In this document: in pieces, positions 1 through 14,325 of the stretch
Layout of the letters: the number at the start of each line of letters is the position of its first letter
Position numbering within the stretch: the stretch's first letter is position 1
Assembly: GCF_018977255.1 (NCBI RefSeq)
Contig: NW_024704743.1
Span: 104,780,001-104,844,000 of the forward strand
Length of the DNA stretch: 64,000 nt
Direction: 5' to 3'
Source of the DNA: Callorhinchus milii
Taxonomy: Eukaryota
Notes under the pieces: generated by a model
What the model was told of the DNA's origin: nothing
Seen by the model: the letters and a program-made list of their open reading frames with translations, nothing else
Databases searched by the model: none
Made by a program: the position numbers and the translations under genes

Positions 1-804
1 TCCTTGTCTACGTTGATTTTAGATAGGCTCAACCAGTGTAGCAATGGAGAGGAGGGGTAAATGAACTTTGCATTTCCAGGCTCAGGGGGGAATTAGTTGG
101 CCAAGGTTCACACTTGTAATTGTTCTCCAGAGAAACCCATGAGTCAGTTAGCTTTTGGGATGTTTGATGAGAGGATCAGATTTGGCTATTATACCCTCTC
201 CCCTCCCTACCCCCAACGTCACACACATCTAAATAGCCAGCTGGCACTCATTACTTTGGATCTCAATGAAGAATGGCACTTCAACAAGGTGCTGAATGTT
301 TGCCACTGCTTAAAAACCTGCACACCAATGTGAGGCACAAACAGAGAATTTGGAGAAGTGAAAAAGTGGCACAATGTTGAATTGAAATACTCTGGGCTAT
401 GCTGTCTGTAATAGAGCACAGTGGGGACAGTCAGTGCACATAATAACTTCTGACCAATGTGTTCTATCATATTGGCCCGAGTCACCAATTGAATCGCCAT
501 GAACAATGCTAAAAGTTGCCCGTGCCATTCATCAATCAATCTGTTGAACAGATTTTATAGATGAAACTGTATACTTGGGTGAACTTCTAGATATGATGAG
601 ATAATGATCCTTGCAGTTGATATAGTGCCTATCACATCAGACATCACATCTAAAAGCATTCCACAAGTTATTACAGTTATTACACTGCTCAAAAGAGAAG
701 GGAGTTTCTCTTGGTGTCTTTTCCAACAATCTCCCAAATAAAATTGTTCATTCACTTCATGACTGTTTGTGTGACATTGTGGGACATTCTAATAATAAAG
801 CTAA

Positions 805-960
805 GACAAAAAGATAGGATTTTAAAAGGAGCAAATTTCAAAGGATTGAGAGAATGACTAAAAGAAGTGAACTGGGAATTCCTGTTGAAGGATATCGCAG
901 TTGAGGCAAAATGGAACATTCTTAAAGCAATAAAGGGATTATTCACTCCATGTGCTTCAT
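805..960 (+). mobile_element. CR1-type ORF2 internal fragment
   Basis: DFKRSKFQ.. / ANFKGLRE*LKEVNWEFLLKDIAVEAKWNILKA resembles the linker after the CR1 endonuclease. Confidence 0.5.
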
Positions 961-3900
961 GTAGTAATTTGTTAATGTGGGCTATGTGCAATTCTGTTCC
1001 ATTCAGTACGTTTAGCCAATTGGTCCCCAAGTGCCTATATATAACTTAAATGCAATTTTAAGTATAAATAACATGACAACAAAGATGTAAATTTAAATTA
1101 CATTTTTAAAATCACATTAGATTTATTTACAAGTGCACAGGGACACATTTGCAAAATTTACTGAATGAACGAGAATAGCACTTAGCCCGCAGCAACATGT
1201 GCATTACACGGAGCACACAGAGCAGAGTAACCCTCAGTCTTGAGTAAGCAAGATAAATTGAAAGACCCCCAAGAAACAGTGCAAACTGAATAAGCATTCT
1301 TCAATATGTATGAATAAGTCACTTAAAGGAGGTGAAATTTGCAATATTGCCTAACATAATTAGCACATTAAATATGATATGAAACATTGCTCACTCACAG
1401 CCATTCCTAAAGACTCAACATTTCAGCACAGTACCGTACTTTGCTGTGTGCAAATTGGCTGCCAGGTTTGCTTACAAATACCCTCACTACACTTTACAGT
1501 GAAAGCTGTAAAGCATTTTGAGATATTTCTACAAAGTGCTAGGCACTATATCAAATAAAAAGATTTTTATTACAAGTGACTATACAAACAATGTTTATAA
1601 AGGCATTTAAAAGAGATCTGAGTAAATACTAGAGGAAAACATAATATTAAAAAAGGAAAGAAACAGGAGAATAGGATTAAAGTAGGTAGCTCCCGCGGGG
1701 AGCTAACATCAGCACACACCTAATCAGTGATGTGCTTAGTCCCGGAGCGCTGTAGAAATGACGCCATGAGGAACAAATGATTCCCAGATGACTCATTCCC
1801 AACTAAGTAGTTGGGTAGCTTTATTTGCATGTAGGTCCTGCTGGACTGAGAATCTCTGTAGTATTCTGTACACTTTTTCTTGAATAAAGTTGTTATGCTT
1901 TTTTGCTTTCTCGCCATTGTTGGGTTCCCCCAGCATGAGATGGCCTCCTGATGTGAAAGGTGCAATATAAATGTAAATTGTATTGTATCCTACACCTTAT
2001 CAAAGTACTGTACATGAAATATGAAATGGCATATATAAGATAACTCCGACAATTATGTTACAGTAAGCCAAGAGTGTCCTACCCAAAATCACCCATGTAA
2101 ACTTCTGGTTGTCAGTAATGTATCTTAACATTGTGCAATTATAATGTAATAGATCCACACTGGGAAGGATTAACAACAAACCTCCCAAATGTTTTGTTTC
2201 AGAAAACCATTGGAAATAATTGCTAAATATCATGAATATGTCCTTGCTGAAAGTCTAAAGAATATGCTTGCTTCAAGGTTTAGCAACTTTTGAGTCATAG
2301 AGGTAGCAGAGGAACATCTTTGCTTTTTCTGTATACAGCACAGGGTTCTGTTCCTGGCTATGAATAATACCAAGCTGCTCTAGGTTTGGATTCAGCGATA
2401 CTTCCCAAAGAAAAACAGACAAACAATAAAGGGGTCTTTGCAACAACAATGTTGCTCATCTCTTTGATTGATATCAGGCAACACTTTGCCCGTGATTATT
2501 CAACCACATTGAGGCATCACAACCAAAGCCAACTATCTATCATCCGACCTATGTACTTTCCTATATTAGGAGTTGGGTCATTGAACAGTAATTAGATGCA
2601 AGAACAACAACGATTTGCATTTATATCACGTGGGGTAGCATATCAGAGCCCTGAAAAATGGTATAGTTTGAAGGGAAAAAAGAAAGTACCTTAGCCCAAG
2701 GCATTGAGGCCAATTGGAATACAACTACTGTTTCATATCTACGGTTTTACCAACTGAGTCATCGGGCATGCTCAGAAACCCCACTTTATTCAAGTAAGAA
2801 ACACAAATCCCAGTGATTTAGGTATTAGAAAAACATTCTATGCACTCTTCTGAGTGGGCAAGTATAGAGGTAAAGATTATTTCCTCTTCAAACCAATCTG
2901 ATTGATGTTCTGTGAGAAAGACTAATACCAGTTCTCTCAGTTGAGGGAAAGAATGTTTGCAGTTCACTGCTAATTCAGTGCAGGTCACTTGGTAAAGCAC
3001 GCTCTATATTCCATAAATGATCAGTCCATTGATCTTGAACACGTCCTTTGACTCAATACGGTAATGCTTGTAGCTGCCAAGAATTAAATAGTAACTACCA
3101 CAGTTTGAAATTGTTTGTTCAATACTTTTCGCTCGTCCACACGATTTCGCTACACCTCTGTGATTTCATTGTTATGGAATAGAACGTAATGATAAACACA
3201 TTTGCTGAGTTTCTTTAATCTGTTGCTTGAAGCAAGTTCCACTTTAAAATATATTATTCATCCATTTCACTCAAACACAGCGCAACAAAGCTGGATGCTA
3301 TCCAGCTGACCCTATTATAAATTGCAAGTTGGTGGATTTCGGCAAAGACAGGGGAAAAAAATCAAATAAAGGATCGCTGCATGTCAAAAGCTTGTTGGAT
3401 TGATCTTCGCTCTATAGTGAGTCAGCTGATCCTAACTAGAAAGGCAGATGGGGAGAGACATCCTGCCTGCACACTTCTGGAGAGTATTATGTGCAGGGTG
3501 GCAAGAGTCAAGGCTTGGAAACCCCAGATCGTGGATTCGGGTACTGTTGGAATCTAACCTGCTAAAACCACATAGCTTACCATTGGAAGCACTGTTTGGC
3601 AAAGTTTATTTCTGTTTATTCAGCAAGATAGGTAGATTTTCTCCTTTCTTTGCCTTGGAATGTCCTTCTGACGTGAAAATCGTTTTACCAATGTAATTTG
3701 TTGTTGTTTTTGTTCAGCTTGGACCACCCTATCAATAGGTATTATCTTAAAACTGGAAGATCAAGCTAATTGTTTTTAAGTGTGTTGTCTGCAGCCCTTT
3801 AAAAAAATGGCTTCCAAATTGAAATTAAAATTATTTCCAAAGGTTTTATTTTGAAATGACTTTAAACAATGAAGGCTAAGGTCATGAGGCTTCTTTCAAA

Positions 3901-4549
3901 ATAATTAATGCGCTCAGTGATTTGGCCGGCTGAAAGTCAGTTGTATAATTTGGAAATTCTGTTTGAACGGTGCTGATCTATATTAAAATCTAATTAGAAT
4001 TCTGATGAAGACGGAAGACAAGGTCATTGTACACTGAAACTCCCATTCTATCCCAATTGTGTGCAACACTTCACCCAGAGCTCCTCATTTTATTATATTC
4101 CTCAGACATCCTTTAATAAGGGCTGTAAGGCAGAAGAGCTCTGACCTACATTTCTTAAAAGCCGACTCACATTTGGAAAAAAAAGGGAGAAAATCTACAT
4201 ATTTTCGAATATAACTACAAGGCACTAAAATGTTTAAGTTTCAAAAGTTATGTTTTTATGTATATTTCCCCAAACCTCCTGATGCAAATCATGATGCATA
4301 ATGTCCAAACTGAAAATTGGTCAGAAACAATTTGCCACTGAATAGTTTTTCTGCACAAAATCAATATCAGATAGAGGGCAAGTACAGTGTGTTTTAGGTC
4401 ACTGTGTAATCTTTTCTGCATGTGTTATGGATAGTGTGAATCCCTCTGGTGAAGTTGGCAGTTAATAGGTCTTCCACAATATAAATCAACATCTCCAAAG
4501 ACTCTATGAATACCACTACACAGAATTTCAGCCTTATACACTGTAAAAT

Positions 4550-4685
4550 GGAGGACAAGTTTGCAGGGCTATGGGGAGAGAGTGGGGTAGTGTGATTGAT
4601 TTGCATAGCTTGTTTCAAAGAGCCGGCACAGACATGATGCGCCGAATGGCCTCCTTCTGTGCTGTATAATTCTATGATTCTATGA
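4550..4685 (+). mobile_element. CR1-clade LINE 3' end
   Basis: cagggctatggggagagag...gagccggcacagacatgatgcgccgaatggcctccttctgtgctgtataattctatgattctatga, with the CR1-type (ATTCTATG)n tail. Confidence 0.85.
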
Positions 4686-7654
4686 AAGCCAAATTAGATG
4701 TTTCAAAAATTGCAGTGTGCACTGCATTTTCTAATGAAGGATGTGGCTACCTTCAGGACAGGATCTGCATTGCTTTGGCATATGTAACAACATCTGGACA
4801 CTGCCTTGATATGCTGAGGGTCTTTTTGACTGGTACAATAACAATCCTTGCGTTTGGTATAGCATCAGGTGGATGTCCCAAAGTGCTTTACAGCATACAC
4901 TGGGAAGTGAAGTGACTGTGTGTTTTGTGGGAGAATGCTCACAAACTCTAGTTGCTTAGGAGAAGGTGGATGAGAAGTAGGAGTTGGTAATCCATCACAG
5001 AGTAAAAAGGAGAAAAATAAAGAGGAATAAGCATCTGCAAAAAAGGAGCCAACTGTTACCTACTACTCTCACAGATGTGTTTAATACGGAAATATTCAGG
5101 CTGTGCAAAAGGATTGTTTAGCACTTGATAACTATCTGTTGATATTTTTCTGACAGCTTGTTCCACAATTTCAATGCGTCCTTAATGTCTTCATGGGAAG
5201 ATTCTACTTGACCTCCTCAGTCTTACAAAAAGGTACTTCATTAACCTCTCTCTTCTTCAGATGATAATCTACTCGTGTCACATTTCTAGCAAGTTTGATT
5301 TTGATTTCAGATTTGCAACATTCACAATTTCTGGCATCTCTAATGGGCGCATTCATAAATTAGAATTTATTTTTCAAAGCTCCTCGAAAGGTCATGGAAT
5401 TACTGGGTTGATACAATGTGTAGGAGTACAGCTGACTATAATTGAGAACAAGCAGAATGTTTAAAGGACAAGACCGTAGGTTGAGTCTGTGAAACAGATT
5501 ATCAGCCCTCAATTATAATATATTTGTATGATAGTTATCTGAGATGGTTATTTATATTATACGTATCCACTTAAAGGTGTGTTCAATAACCATAATTTCA
5601 AAATACAGTACAGGATATGACCAAGCAGCCTATCATTGAAAAAAATGAAAGCACTATATGTCCCAGCAGAGAATTTCCAAGATCAGTATATGTACTGCAC
5701 CTAATGTGCTACTTACATAGAAATTTGACATGGAAAGAGTTCATGCAATAGCAGTTAGTCATTTGAAAGATTACATTGAAAGTTTTTTTTACAATCCAAA
5801 TTTACATTCTTATTATTATAACATCATTATTCCTAGGTCTTGTCTTGATATCCCTCATCCCTCATAAATCAATCATACAATTGATTGAGACACTGCACAT
5901 AACGTTTTTTCATTGTAAAATGTAATCTATAAATTCAATAACTGAACTTAATCCGATCTACATTCAGGGTAGCCATCACCAATAATATGTGTTCACATAG
6001 TGGATTAGTGGATTCAGCTGCTCTAACTGAACACAAAGCAAGAAATATAATCACTTATCACTATACCATAATGTGCAATAGCTTAACAATAAGCTCCTTA
6101 TTGATAAACTGATGGCCTCTAACCAGTTTAAGTTTATTACCATCAACCCATTTTCTGCCTTGCAGATGCATAATTGTCTGACAACTCACTCAGACCTGTT
6201 GAATAACAGTAATGCATTGTTTCTGTAAATAAAGAGTTGACCCTCCTCAACCCCACATTAAAAGTAAAGAACGAAATGCACTTGCACTCCAGAATGAACA
6301 GCAATTCTAGAGGTGGTTTGAACAAACTAGTTACTAGGTTCATCTTTGGAAATTGTTGTTTTGGGCAAATGGCAAACTGCCACTGTCAGCGCTTAGTTGA
6401 TTTGTATTTCCTGATGATCATTAAGTTTCATTGGTTTTTGAATGTGAATCTATTCCTTGAATTCATTCATGCTGAGCACTCCGATTTCTTTGGCATTGAT
6501 CATGAACTGAAACCTGCTTCCACTCCGTGGGTGATCTACGCAGTTCCCTCAGGAGTGCATAAGCACAGCCCTGCACAAATCTGCTGGTTCCTTCATTGAG
6601 TCAGCAAGTGAAAAGGCAAGTAAACCCAGACAAGCAATACTGAGACAGTGGAAGTACAGAGGCTTGAAAGTCTTCTGGTCTTGGCCACAAACTATACCCC
6701 ACAATCTCTCTATTGTATCAAAACCATTCATAATTTTATAAAACTATTAGACACACCCATAAACTTTTCAGCTCCAGAGAAAAGAGTCCCGGCCTTTTCA
6801 AGTCTTTCATTTTAGTCATTTGGGTGTCTGATACATGCGGAAACCATTAGCATATTTAAGTGTATCAAAACCAAAATACTGAGGACTCCACATAGATATA
6901 GTTTCTGTTTGACTTGTATAGAGTCACATACTCTCTCTCAAGAGATGCACTTGCTTGCTTAATGCCAGAGAGTTTAAGAGCAGGATGGCAAATGCCAAAT
7001 CTTGGGGAACCCAGAGTTTGCTTTGGGGTGCTGTTGGGAGTTCAACCTGCTAACACTGTGGAGGTAAAACTGCACACACTGTTGCAAACACCAGTAAGCT
7101 TCCCACTGCTTGTCCTCCCATGCAGTGAATGACAAATTTTACTTGGGTGAATGTTGGCCATGATATATAATGACAGTAGCTCATATTCAGCTTTGTTTAA
7201 ATGCCAGATGTTCCTGCAATTTAATTCCATACACATTCAGCATTCTGACAATTGATGACATCAAAGTTGTTTCTCTCATTGCATGACAGTGCAATACTGT
7301 ATCAACTAATTAAAGAATAAATTAGACACCAGTGTTATGTTTGCTCAGTGAGCAGCTTGCATACCTCCTGTTCATGAAGATAAACTTGGTGAATTAAAGA
7401 AAAACACCGAGCACCAACTGGATTTTCAAAGTTCTCTTTCTAAAGAAACAGTCCTGACATTTTGTTTTCTTTGGTGTATTTGGTGGTTTAACAACACGAA
7501 GCAGCCAGTGAAGCAGCAACAAGGGCAGACTTCAAAGAAACTGGGGCACTGAAGTGCTTGGAGATAAAGCAACCGGGCTTGAGTAAGGGTCATTGAGTAA
7601 GGGGGAATGGAGTTTGCAGCTGGAATATGGGATCAATGGTATGTTCCTAAATTA

Positions 7655-7870
7655 AATATTTCTTCATACAAAGGAGTGTGAAAATGTGTAATTCATTGCC
7701 GCAGAAGGCATAGAGGCAGAATCAATCGATTAGGATGGTTAAAAGGAAGATAGGTATGCATTGTACTAGGGAAGCAAGGATATTAAGCAGAATGGAGTAA
7801 AGACAAGAAAATTCGATTAAATAAACTGGAGCAGCAGGATCAATGTACTGAATGGCTTCCTCCAGTTCCC
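7655..7870 (+). mobile_element. Old CR1 3' fragment
   Basis: atttcttcatacaaaggagtgtgaaaatgtgtaattcattgccgcagaaggcatagaggcagaatcaat...ctgaatggcttcctcc. Confidence 0.55.
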
Positions 7871-9119
7871 ATGTTGCTAATTGTCTCTTTAAAGTTATTG
7901 GGAAAATTCTATCAAATGCATCAATAGGCAACATCCTTTGCATTTTAGTGTGTGAAATTGTAATGTTTCACATCAAATCTTAATTGTTTTGTTAATTGAG
8001 TTTCAATGGGATTTTACAATGGAAAACTGCAATAATTTTTGTAAATATTAATCTAAATTTTATTTTATTATTTGAAAACTCTCACTGTCAACCTGCTTGT
8101 GACTTTTCCCATTGGAATAAATACAGGTCTATTAATTCCACTGCTTTCTGCCCATTCTGCCCCAGTATTAATAAGCAACTCTTAGCAAAAGCAAAAGATT
8201 TGAACTCTGTCTGAAGTAAATATAATTTAATGACTTTACAATTTGTTTCACTGTAAAAAAAACACTCAACCCTATTCATTTTTAACAGGTTGAAATCATC
8301 CTTCCTCAAATGAACCCATCTCTTTCACTTTTAAGATTTTTGCAGTTTGTTTCCTGGAAATAAATAAAGCGTTCTTAATTTTAATATCATTGCAATTGGT
8401 TTCACTGCTTTAAACCCATCTCTGTTTATTTCAGTGGTTTGCAATCTGTCTCGTTTTAACAAACCCAACTCTAATTCATTGAATTAACAATCTGTCTCAG
8501 TGCACTAACTGTAACTCTGGTCATTTTGAGGAATTCATAATCAGTCTTATTGTAATAAACACAACTCGAAGCACTCTTCTCAGCCTACAATTGTTTCCTT
8601 CCTTCCTCATCCTGTTGCCAATGCTTAACCCTAAATCTGTAAATACACTAATAAACCTTACGCTGTGCACCATGCCATATGTATTATCATGCCACTACTT
8701 TTTGTTTCAGTGGCCACTTTCAATTCATTGTGTGAAAGATGCTGCAAGAAATTCCACATGTGTGGAATCATGTTCCAATTGATGCGCTGGAGGTTCAAAG
8801 TCCATCACAGCTTCAAACGCCTGGCAGTTTCAGTACATTCCAGATTTATTTCACTTTGTCTTAACTGTGGAATGTTTACACATTGATTAAGAAGAGTTTT
8901 TCTTCACCAATGTAAGGGGCAGTGCATGGTAACAACGTTCTGTAAGAGGAATGCATGCAATTATGATAAACTGCCAGAACTTGTTTGAATATGAATCTAT
9001 CAAACCCCAAACATATAATGAGGTACTTGGAAACATTGGGCCCTAATCTGTTAGAGAGTCCGACAAACATTAATAAATTGTGAATCCCGCAGATACATGG
9101 ATGTGTCAGAACTGGCTCA

Positions 9120-9362
9120 CAGTCTAGGCTGACACTCCTGTGCAAATTCCAGGGAAATGTGGAATTGTTAAAGGTGATATCCTTCAGATGAGACATTAAA
9201 CCAAGTTACCGCCCTGTCTGTCTGTTCAAGTAGATGTTAATAAACTCATGACACTATTAGAAGAGGGAGTTTTTCCCAGTGTACTGGCCAACAATCCTCC
9301 AGATAAATTAACCATTCACTTCATGTTGCTTGTAAGACCTGCTGACTGCAAATCAGCTGCAC
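9120..9362 (+). mobile_element. Deu-domain SINE fragment
   Basis: tctaggctgacactcc...ccttcagatgagacattaaacc...gttcaagtagatgttaa...actattagaagagggagttttcccagtgtactggccaac-like core. Confidence 0.7.
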
Positions 9363-9849
9363 CGGGCAAACAGGACTAGTGCAAATTGCAATGGGTTCAC
9401 TCTCAGCATTTTTTTATGTTAAAACAGCCAGATTAATAATTCACTGTACATTGTTCCAAAGTAACGGCGATTATTGTGAGAAGGCAGGAAGGAAGATCTG
9501 AGAATAGAAAACAAATCATTTGTTGTACTTGTCCTTATATTTCTTAAGTTATTAAAATGAAAGCTATGGGTTAACATTTGTAGCATTTCATAAAGTTGCG
9601 TATCTATGAGAGAGTGAGACGGGTGGCTTCACTAATTGCATCAGAAAAATGTTGTCTAAAGTGCCTCTCTGAAGCTGTGTGCTTAATTGCGTATCAACTA
9701 TCAGCAGTGAAAAGATGAAATCCCCAAAAGCACAATTTCATTAAGGAGAGAGCCTTGTTTTCTTTTCCTTAAACAAGCAACAACTTGTATCTCCTGGCCC
9801 ACAGATTTAGGGCATTCTAACTGGTAAACTCAATGTGCTACAGTACTTA

Positions 9850-10082
9850 CTGTGTGTTCCGTCCTATCTGCACCACCGTCAGTGTCCAAGCTTTCCAGTT
9901 CGATGCCACTAACCTTTGAAACTCCTCAGTCAAACCCTTTATCTCACCCACCTCTCCACCTGTCTTACTCGAAGATCTATCTCTTCAACCTTGATCTCTT
10001 TGCCTAGCATCCGCCCATCTCTGTAAAGTACTCCAAGATACTACTCTACATGAAGATCGCTAAATAAATGCAAGTTGTTGAT
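9850..10082 (+). mobile_element. Old L2 3' fragment
   Basis: C-rich, ctcgaagatctatctcttc...ctgtaaagtactccaaga...gctaaataaatgcaagttgttg tail. Confidence 0.5.
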
Positions 10083-10639
10083 GTACTTCTGTGGTGCATG
10101 CTCAGAAGGGTGCAGCAAAACATACCACGCTGTGTTGGCCTTGTAGTGTCAATGGCCTTCGATCAGCCATGTGTATCAGAACATGTCGGAAAGTCCTTAT
10201 TCATTTCTCTTGACGGTTTGCATAAATACTTTGAAGATTCACAGTCAATCTATAACACTGAACCCACAGCACTCCATTTGAAATGGTTGTGATTGAAGAT
10301 AATAAGCAGTGTGGGGATTAGGCAAAATTGCGCATTCATTTTCCCCTTGTCGTTCATCACAGATTGCAGTCTGGGAAGGTGGAAATGAAAGCAAATGGAC
10401 TTTTCAATCAGACCAGCTGCTGTAATTTGGATTGTTGACAATTTCAGACTTAATCACACAGTCACACAGGAAAGGTCACATAAACATTGAAATGCTTTTG
10501 TAAAATCAAATGAGTCCCCCCCCCCCACCCCCAAACTTCCAAGAAACACCTGCCTAATTTTTTTCTTTAAAACTTCCATTGCAAAAATAACAAAAAAAGA
10601 GAAGGGAAATATAATGATGCTGCTTTTTCTCCGATGACT

Positions 10640-11058
10640 ATTCATCAGCACAAAACTCTTAAAGTCAAGACCTTCATCCTCTCATTTAAATCCGTCCATA
10701 GCTTTGTCGCACCTACCTCTTTGATCTCCTGCAACCCTATCAACCAATAGCCACTCTCTTCGCTCAGCAAGCACTGACCTGCTTCATACCCCTGTCCTAT
10801 TCAGTGAGATTTTAGTCTTTTCTGCACTGCTTTCTAGAATTCCATTCCAGAGACACACTGACATGCATTCACCCTCCACATGTTCAAAGCCAACCTCAAA
10901 ACTTACCTCTGAATTTCATTTTTGGTTATCCTTCTGTGCTCCTCAACCTCTTCACTCCCAGCCCCCACCCCCCCGGTTTGGGTGCCCAGCTCATGGTGTC
11001 AAGGGCTTTGAGATGTCCTCCTGACATGAAGCCCATTATATAAATGTCATTTTTATTG
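10640..11058 (+). mobile_element. Old L2 3' fragment
   Basis: tttaaatccgtccatagctttgtcgcacctacctct...ttcaaagccaacctcaaaacttacctct...aagggctttgagatgtcctcctgacatgaa...tataaatg. Confidence 0.6.
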
Positions 11059-11379
11059 CTTTGTAAGCAATTTCAAGCAGGTAACAAAATTGAAGTTGGG
11101 TGATAATAGAAGTAGAAGTTTTAGCAAATGGACAGTGGCAAACAATTTCCATTGTAGGACCTACATGCAACAATCAGAGGAATCAATGAAAATTCAGTGG
11201 ATTTAAAAGGATTTTAAAAGAATGTACAGCACAGAAACAGACCAGTTGGCCCAAATAATCCGTTCCAGTGCTTATACTCCACATGGGTCATAAAGCTGTT
11301 CCTCAGTAAATGAATGCTCTGATCTACCTGTTCATTGCCAGGAAGTAAGACTTATTTTATTTTCACAATAATTCTTCTA

Positions 11380-11920
11380 ATGGCTTTGCTTCCAGTCTTC
11401 ACAAGGTCACCTGTGCAGGCCTTTATTCTTGGCCCTTTCCTATTTCCTATTAATGGGCTTCCCCTTCCGAACAAAGGATCAGTTTCTGCATTTATGCTGT
11501 TGACTCCCAAGTTCTAACCACCCTCGATTCCTGGGGGGGTTTCTGTTCTAACCAATTCAGGTCCAAATTAGCTTTGGTTTCTTCAAGCTGAAAATCAACA
11601 AAGCTATGACCCTCTCTAGCAACCTACCTGGAAGCTCGCTTCCTCCAGCCAACCAACATGCCCGGACCTTTATTTTGGTGAAGCTTTAAAGCTTTACATT
11701 GGTAAATCTCTGGAGTGACTGGTTTGACCTTCCTGTTTCAAACCCTTAATCCAGTCCACAATCATGACAGCTCTCTCCCATCTGCCTAACATAACATCCC
11801 TATTTCACTGCTTCCGCAGCTGAATCCTTCACCCATATTTTCATCATCTCAAGACTAGATTTCTCCAATGCTCTCTTTATTGACCTCCCTAGCTCCACCT
11901 GCTATGAGCTCAATCCAAAC
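11380..11920 (+). mobile_element. Old degraded L2 reverse-transcriptase fragment
   Basis: Remnants of ILGP.LF, a decayed YADD (tatgctgttgactcccaa) and ISRLDFSNAL (atctcaagactagatttctccaatgctctc); many stops and indels. Confidence 0.6.
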
Positions 11921-12690
11921 TAGGTTGATTTTCTAACCAGCTTCCAATGGTAAAAAAATGCCAATGAAAAAGAATCTGTGGGAATGCATGGAATTGTGCA
12001 CAGGCACAGTTACAAGACAATATGTTATGTTAAAAATGTTATGTAGCATTATTATTACATTATCTTTAAGACCTCATCATTGTACTGTGATTGTGGTATT
12101 TCCCTGTGAATCTACTCATGTCATTGTATGGTGATTTTGCTAGAATATGTACACAAAGGATCTGTCAAGATACAAACAGCCTGTCAACTCTCAGTCAAGG
12201 CTCACAACTGAATATAATGGACAGTACATTATGTTTTCTGATGTGTATCCTGGCTGAAGGAATAAGTAGTCAAAGGGTTTCAGGAGATGGAAAAGATGAA
12301 AACTAGTTGTAATACATCCCACAGGTGTTTCCTAGAGTTCATCTCAAAGTCAGGAAGACATTAAAATAAGCAAACATTTCAACATTTCTGTCAGCATCAT
12401 TATTTATACAAGCTGTTTTAGCAGACTGATGCCCTATACCTTATATGCCTCTAACAATCGTCTGGGACTAACCGCATAAAAGATCAACATAGATATTAAC
12501 AAAAATGAATTCATTCTAATCTATTGAAAGTACCGTGGCTATTTTTGTGTTTTAGTGTGTAACAGTGACCTCTCACTGGGGTGAAACTTGCAATGTTTTA
12601 TAACTTGTTAGCACAAGGAACGTGATATGAAATGCAAAAATAAAGTTACCTGTTTATAATCAGAAGTTGGTTAGTCACAAGAAGTTTCTC

Positions 12691-13006
12691 TAATAATAAT
12701 AATAATAATCCTTGCATTTCATATAGCGCTTTTCACGTCTTCTAGATGACTCAAAGCGCTTCATAGAATAGTCTGTAAAGTGAATTGATTGTACAGTTGT
12801 GGGCAAAACGCGGCAGCCAATTGCGCACAGTAGTATCCCACAAACAGTCGTGGATTGAAGTGACCAATTTTATTAATGTTTTTTTTTGGGGGGATTATTA
12901 TCAGGCATGTGGAGTTAGGAAACTTGCCCAAGATTTTGCTCTGCCGGGAATCGAGCCCAGGTCTTTCGCTTGCGAGGCAAGTGCTCTAACCACTGAGCTA
13001 CAGGCT
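12691..13006 (-). mobile_element. Young tRNA-derived SINE with an internal deletion
   Basis: Head tgtagctcagtggttagagcacttgcctcgcaagcgaaagacctgggctcgattcccggc; most of the central domain is missing; (ATT)n tail. Confidence 0.88.
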
Positions 13007-14049
13007 TCCATAATAAGAACTAAGCCAATGAAGTTGTCCCTACTTACATTTAGGTTTTTTTCATAACTAACTAACAACTGCACCCCAGACTTCCACTCCC
13101 ACTTTCTGAAACACTGTTAATCTACTGGAGCTATTTAATCATTGCACCAAAGGAGTACACTGTTCCTAATGCAAACTGCTAGTTCGCAGTGCAAGTTTTG
13201 ACTTAATATTGCTCCTTATTAAATGCTCATTCTGAGACTGTTTTTCCATGTAATGTCAAGATGCTTGAAGCGGCTTCCATTACCCACTCTCCAATCTACA
13301 ACTATATCAAGTATTGCTATTAAGCACTTTGATTTCCCAAGTACCATGTTTCACTTTTCTGAAGATTGCCACAGCCACAATCCTGATGCTCAAATTGCAT
13401 CCAATAATAATAACAATAATAATCCTTGCATTTGATATTAGATCTTTTCACCTTGGGAGGATATCTCAAACTGCTTCACAGGATGCACTGTAAGTATAGT
13501 GGGAGACACATGTGGAAATCCATCACCATGCTTAAGAGTATCCAAATCACAGTTCCTTGCATTGCACCTAAACATGGAAATTCCTGAGGTATTTTGTTGA
13601 CATATTTCTGAAGATCAAGAATTGGACAATCTGAATGAATAAATCCATTGCACCCCACTGAGATTGTGCCATGCCAATCCGAATCCTCTCAGCTTTTCAA
13701 TGGATGAAAAAACAGCCATTAGCTGCTGAAAATCTGATACTAAGATGGGTCCTCCCATTCCGAAATGGACAGTGGGAGCAGTGAGGCAGAAGGAGGCTAA
13801 ATGGTAGATTGTAAAGTTAGATAAACAAAACACAAAATAATCTTAAAATTAATAAACACAATAAGGAACTAGGAAAGGAGAGGGAATGAAAGATAAAAAG
13901 GATAAACAGGACTACCCTAATGATTTTCAAAACAAATATTTATTTTGTTATTGATTTTCAGTGGCGTAGATTTAATATTACAGTGATAACTGCATCTTAA
14001 TGTTTGAATAGTTCATTGCAATATTAGTATTTTACAAGTATTAGTATTT

Positions 14050-14325
14050 TTTCACTCAGAGAGTTATTGGGATGTGAAATGCTCTGTCAAGTAATATGGC
14101 AGAGTCCTTTGTGGGTTTCAAGAGGGAAGTTGACAAATACATAAAATAATAATAATCCTTGCATTTGATATAGCGCTTTATCACGTCTTCGAGACGTCTC
14201 AAAATCGTTCACAAAATATAATAGACTTAAATGTGCATGAGGATATGGCAAGGCAGAGGGATTGAAAGTACAGCTTACTCTCAGAGCAGATGCGGAGTCA
14301 ATGAGCCAAATGGCCTTCTGCATAC
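14050..14325 (+). mobile_element. CR1 3' fragment interrupted by a SINE tail (about 14144-14222, minus)
   Basis: ttcactcagagagttattgggatgtgaaatgctctg...[aataataatccttgcatttgatatagcgc...]...atgagccaaatggccttct. Confidence 0.65.

Noticed and set aside
1-300. Probable old shark-type repeat, with related bits near 2500-2570 and 60240-60340
   Set aside because: Too degraded to delimit or classify by eye.
3996-4049. Hammerhead-like CTGATGA...GAAA with agaat/attct flanks
   Set aside because: No credible stem II, and the cleavage triplet is not adjacent to stem I; likely chance.
7722-7943. ORF with LPIDAFD, superficially LRR-like
   Set aside because: No LxxLxLxxN pattern or splice sites; it overlaps a CR1 remnant.
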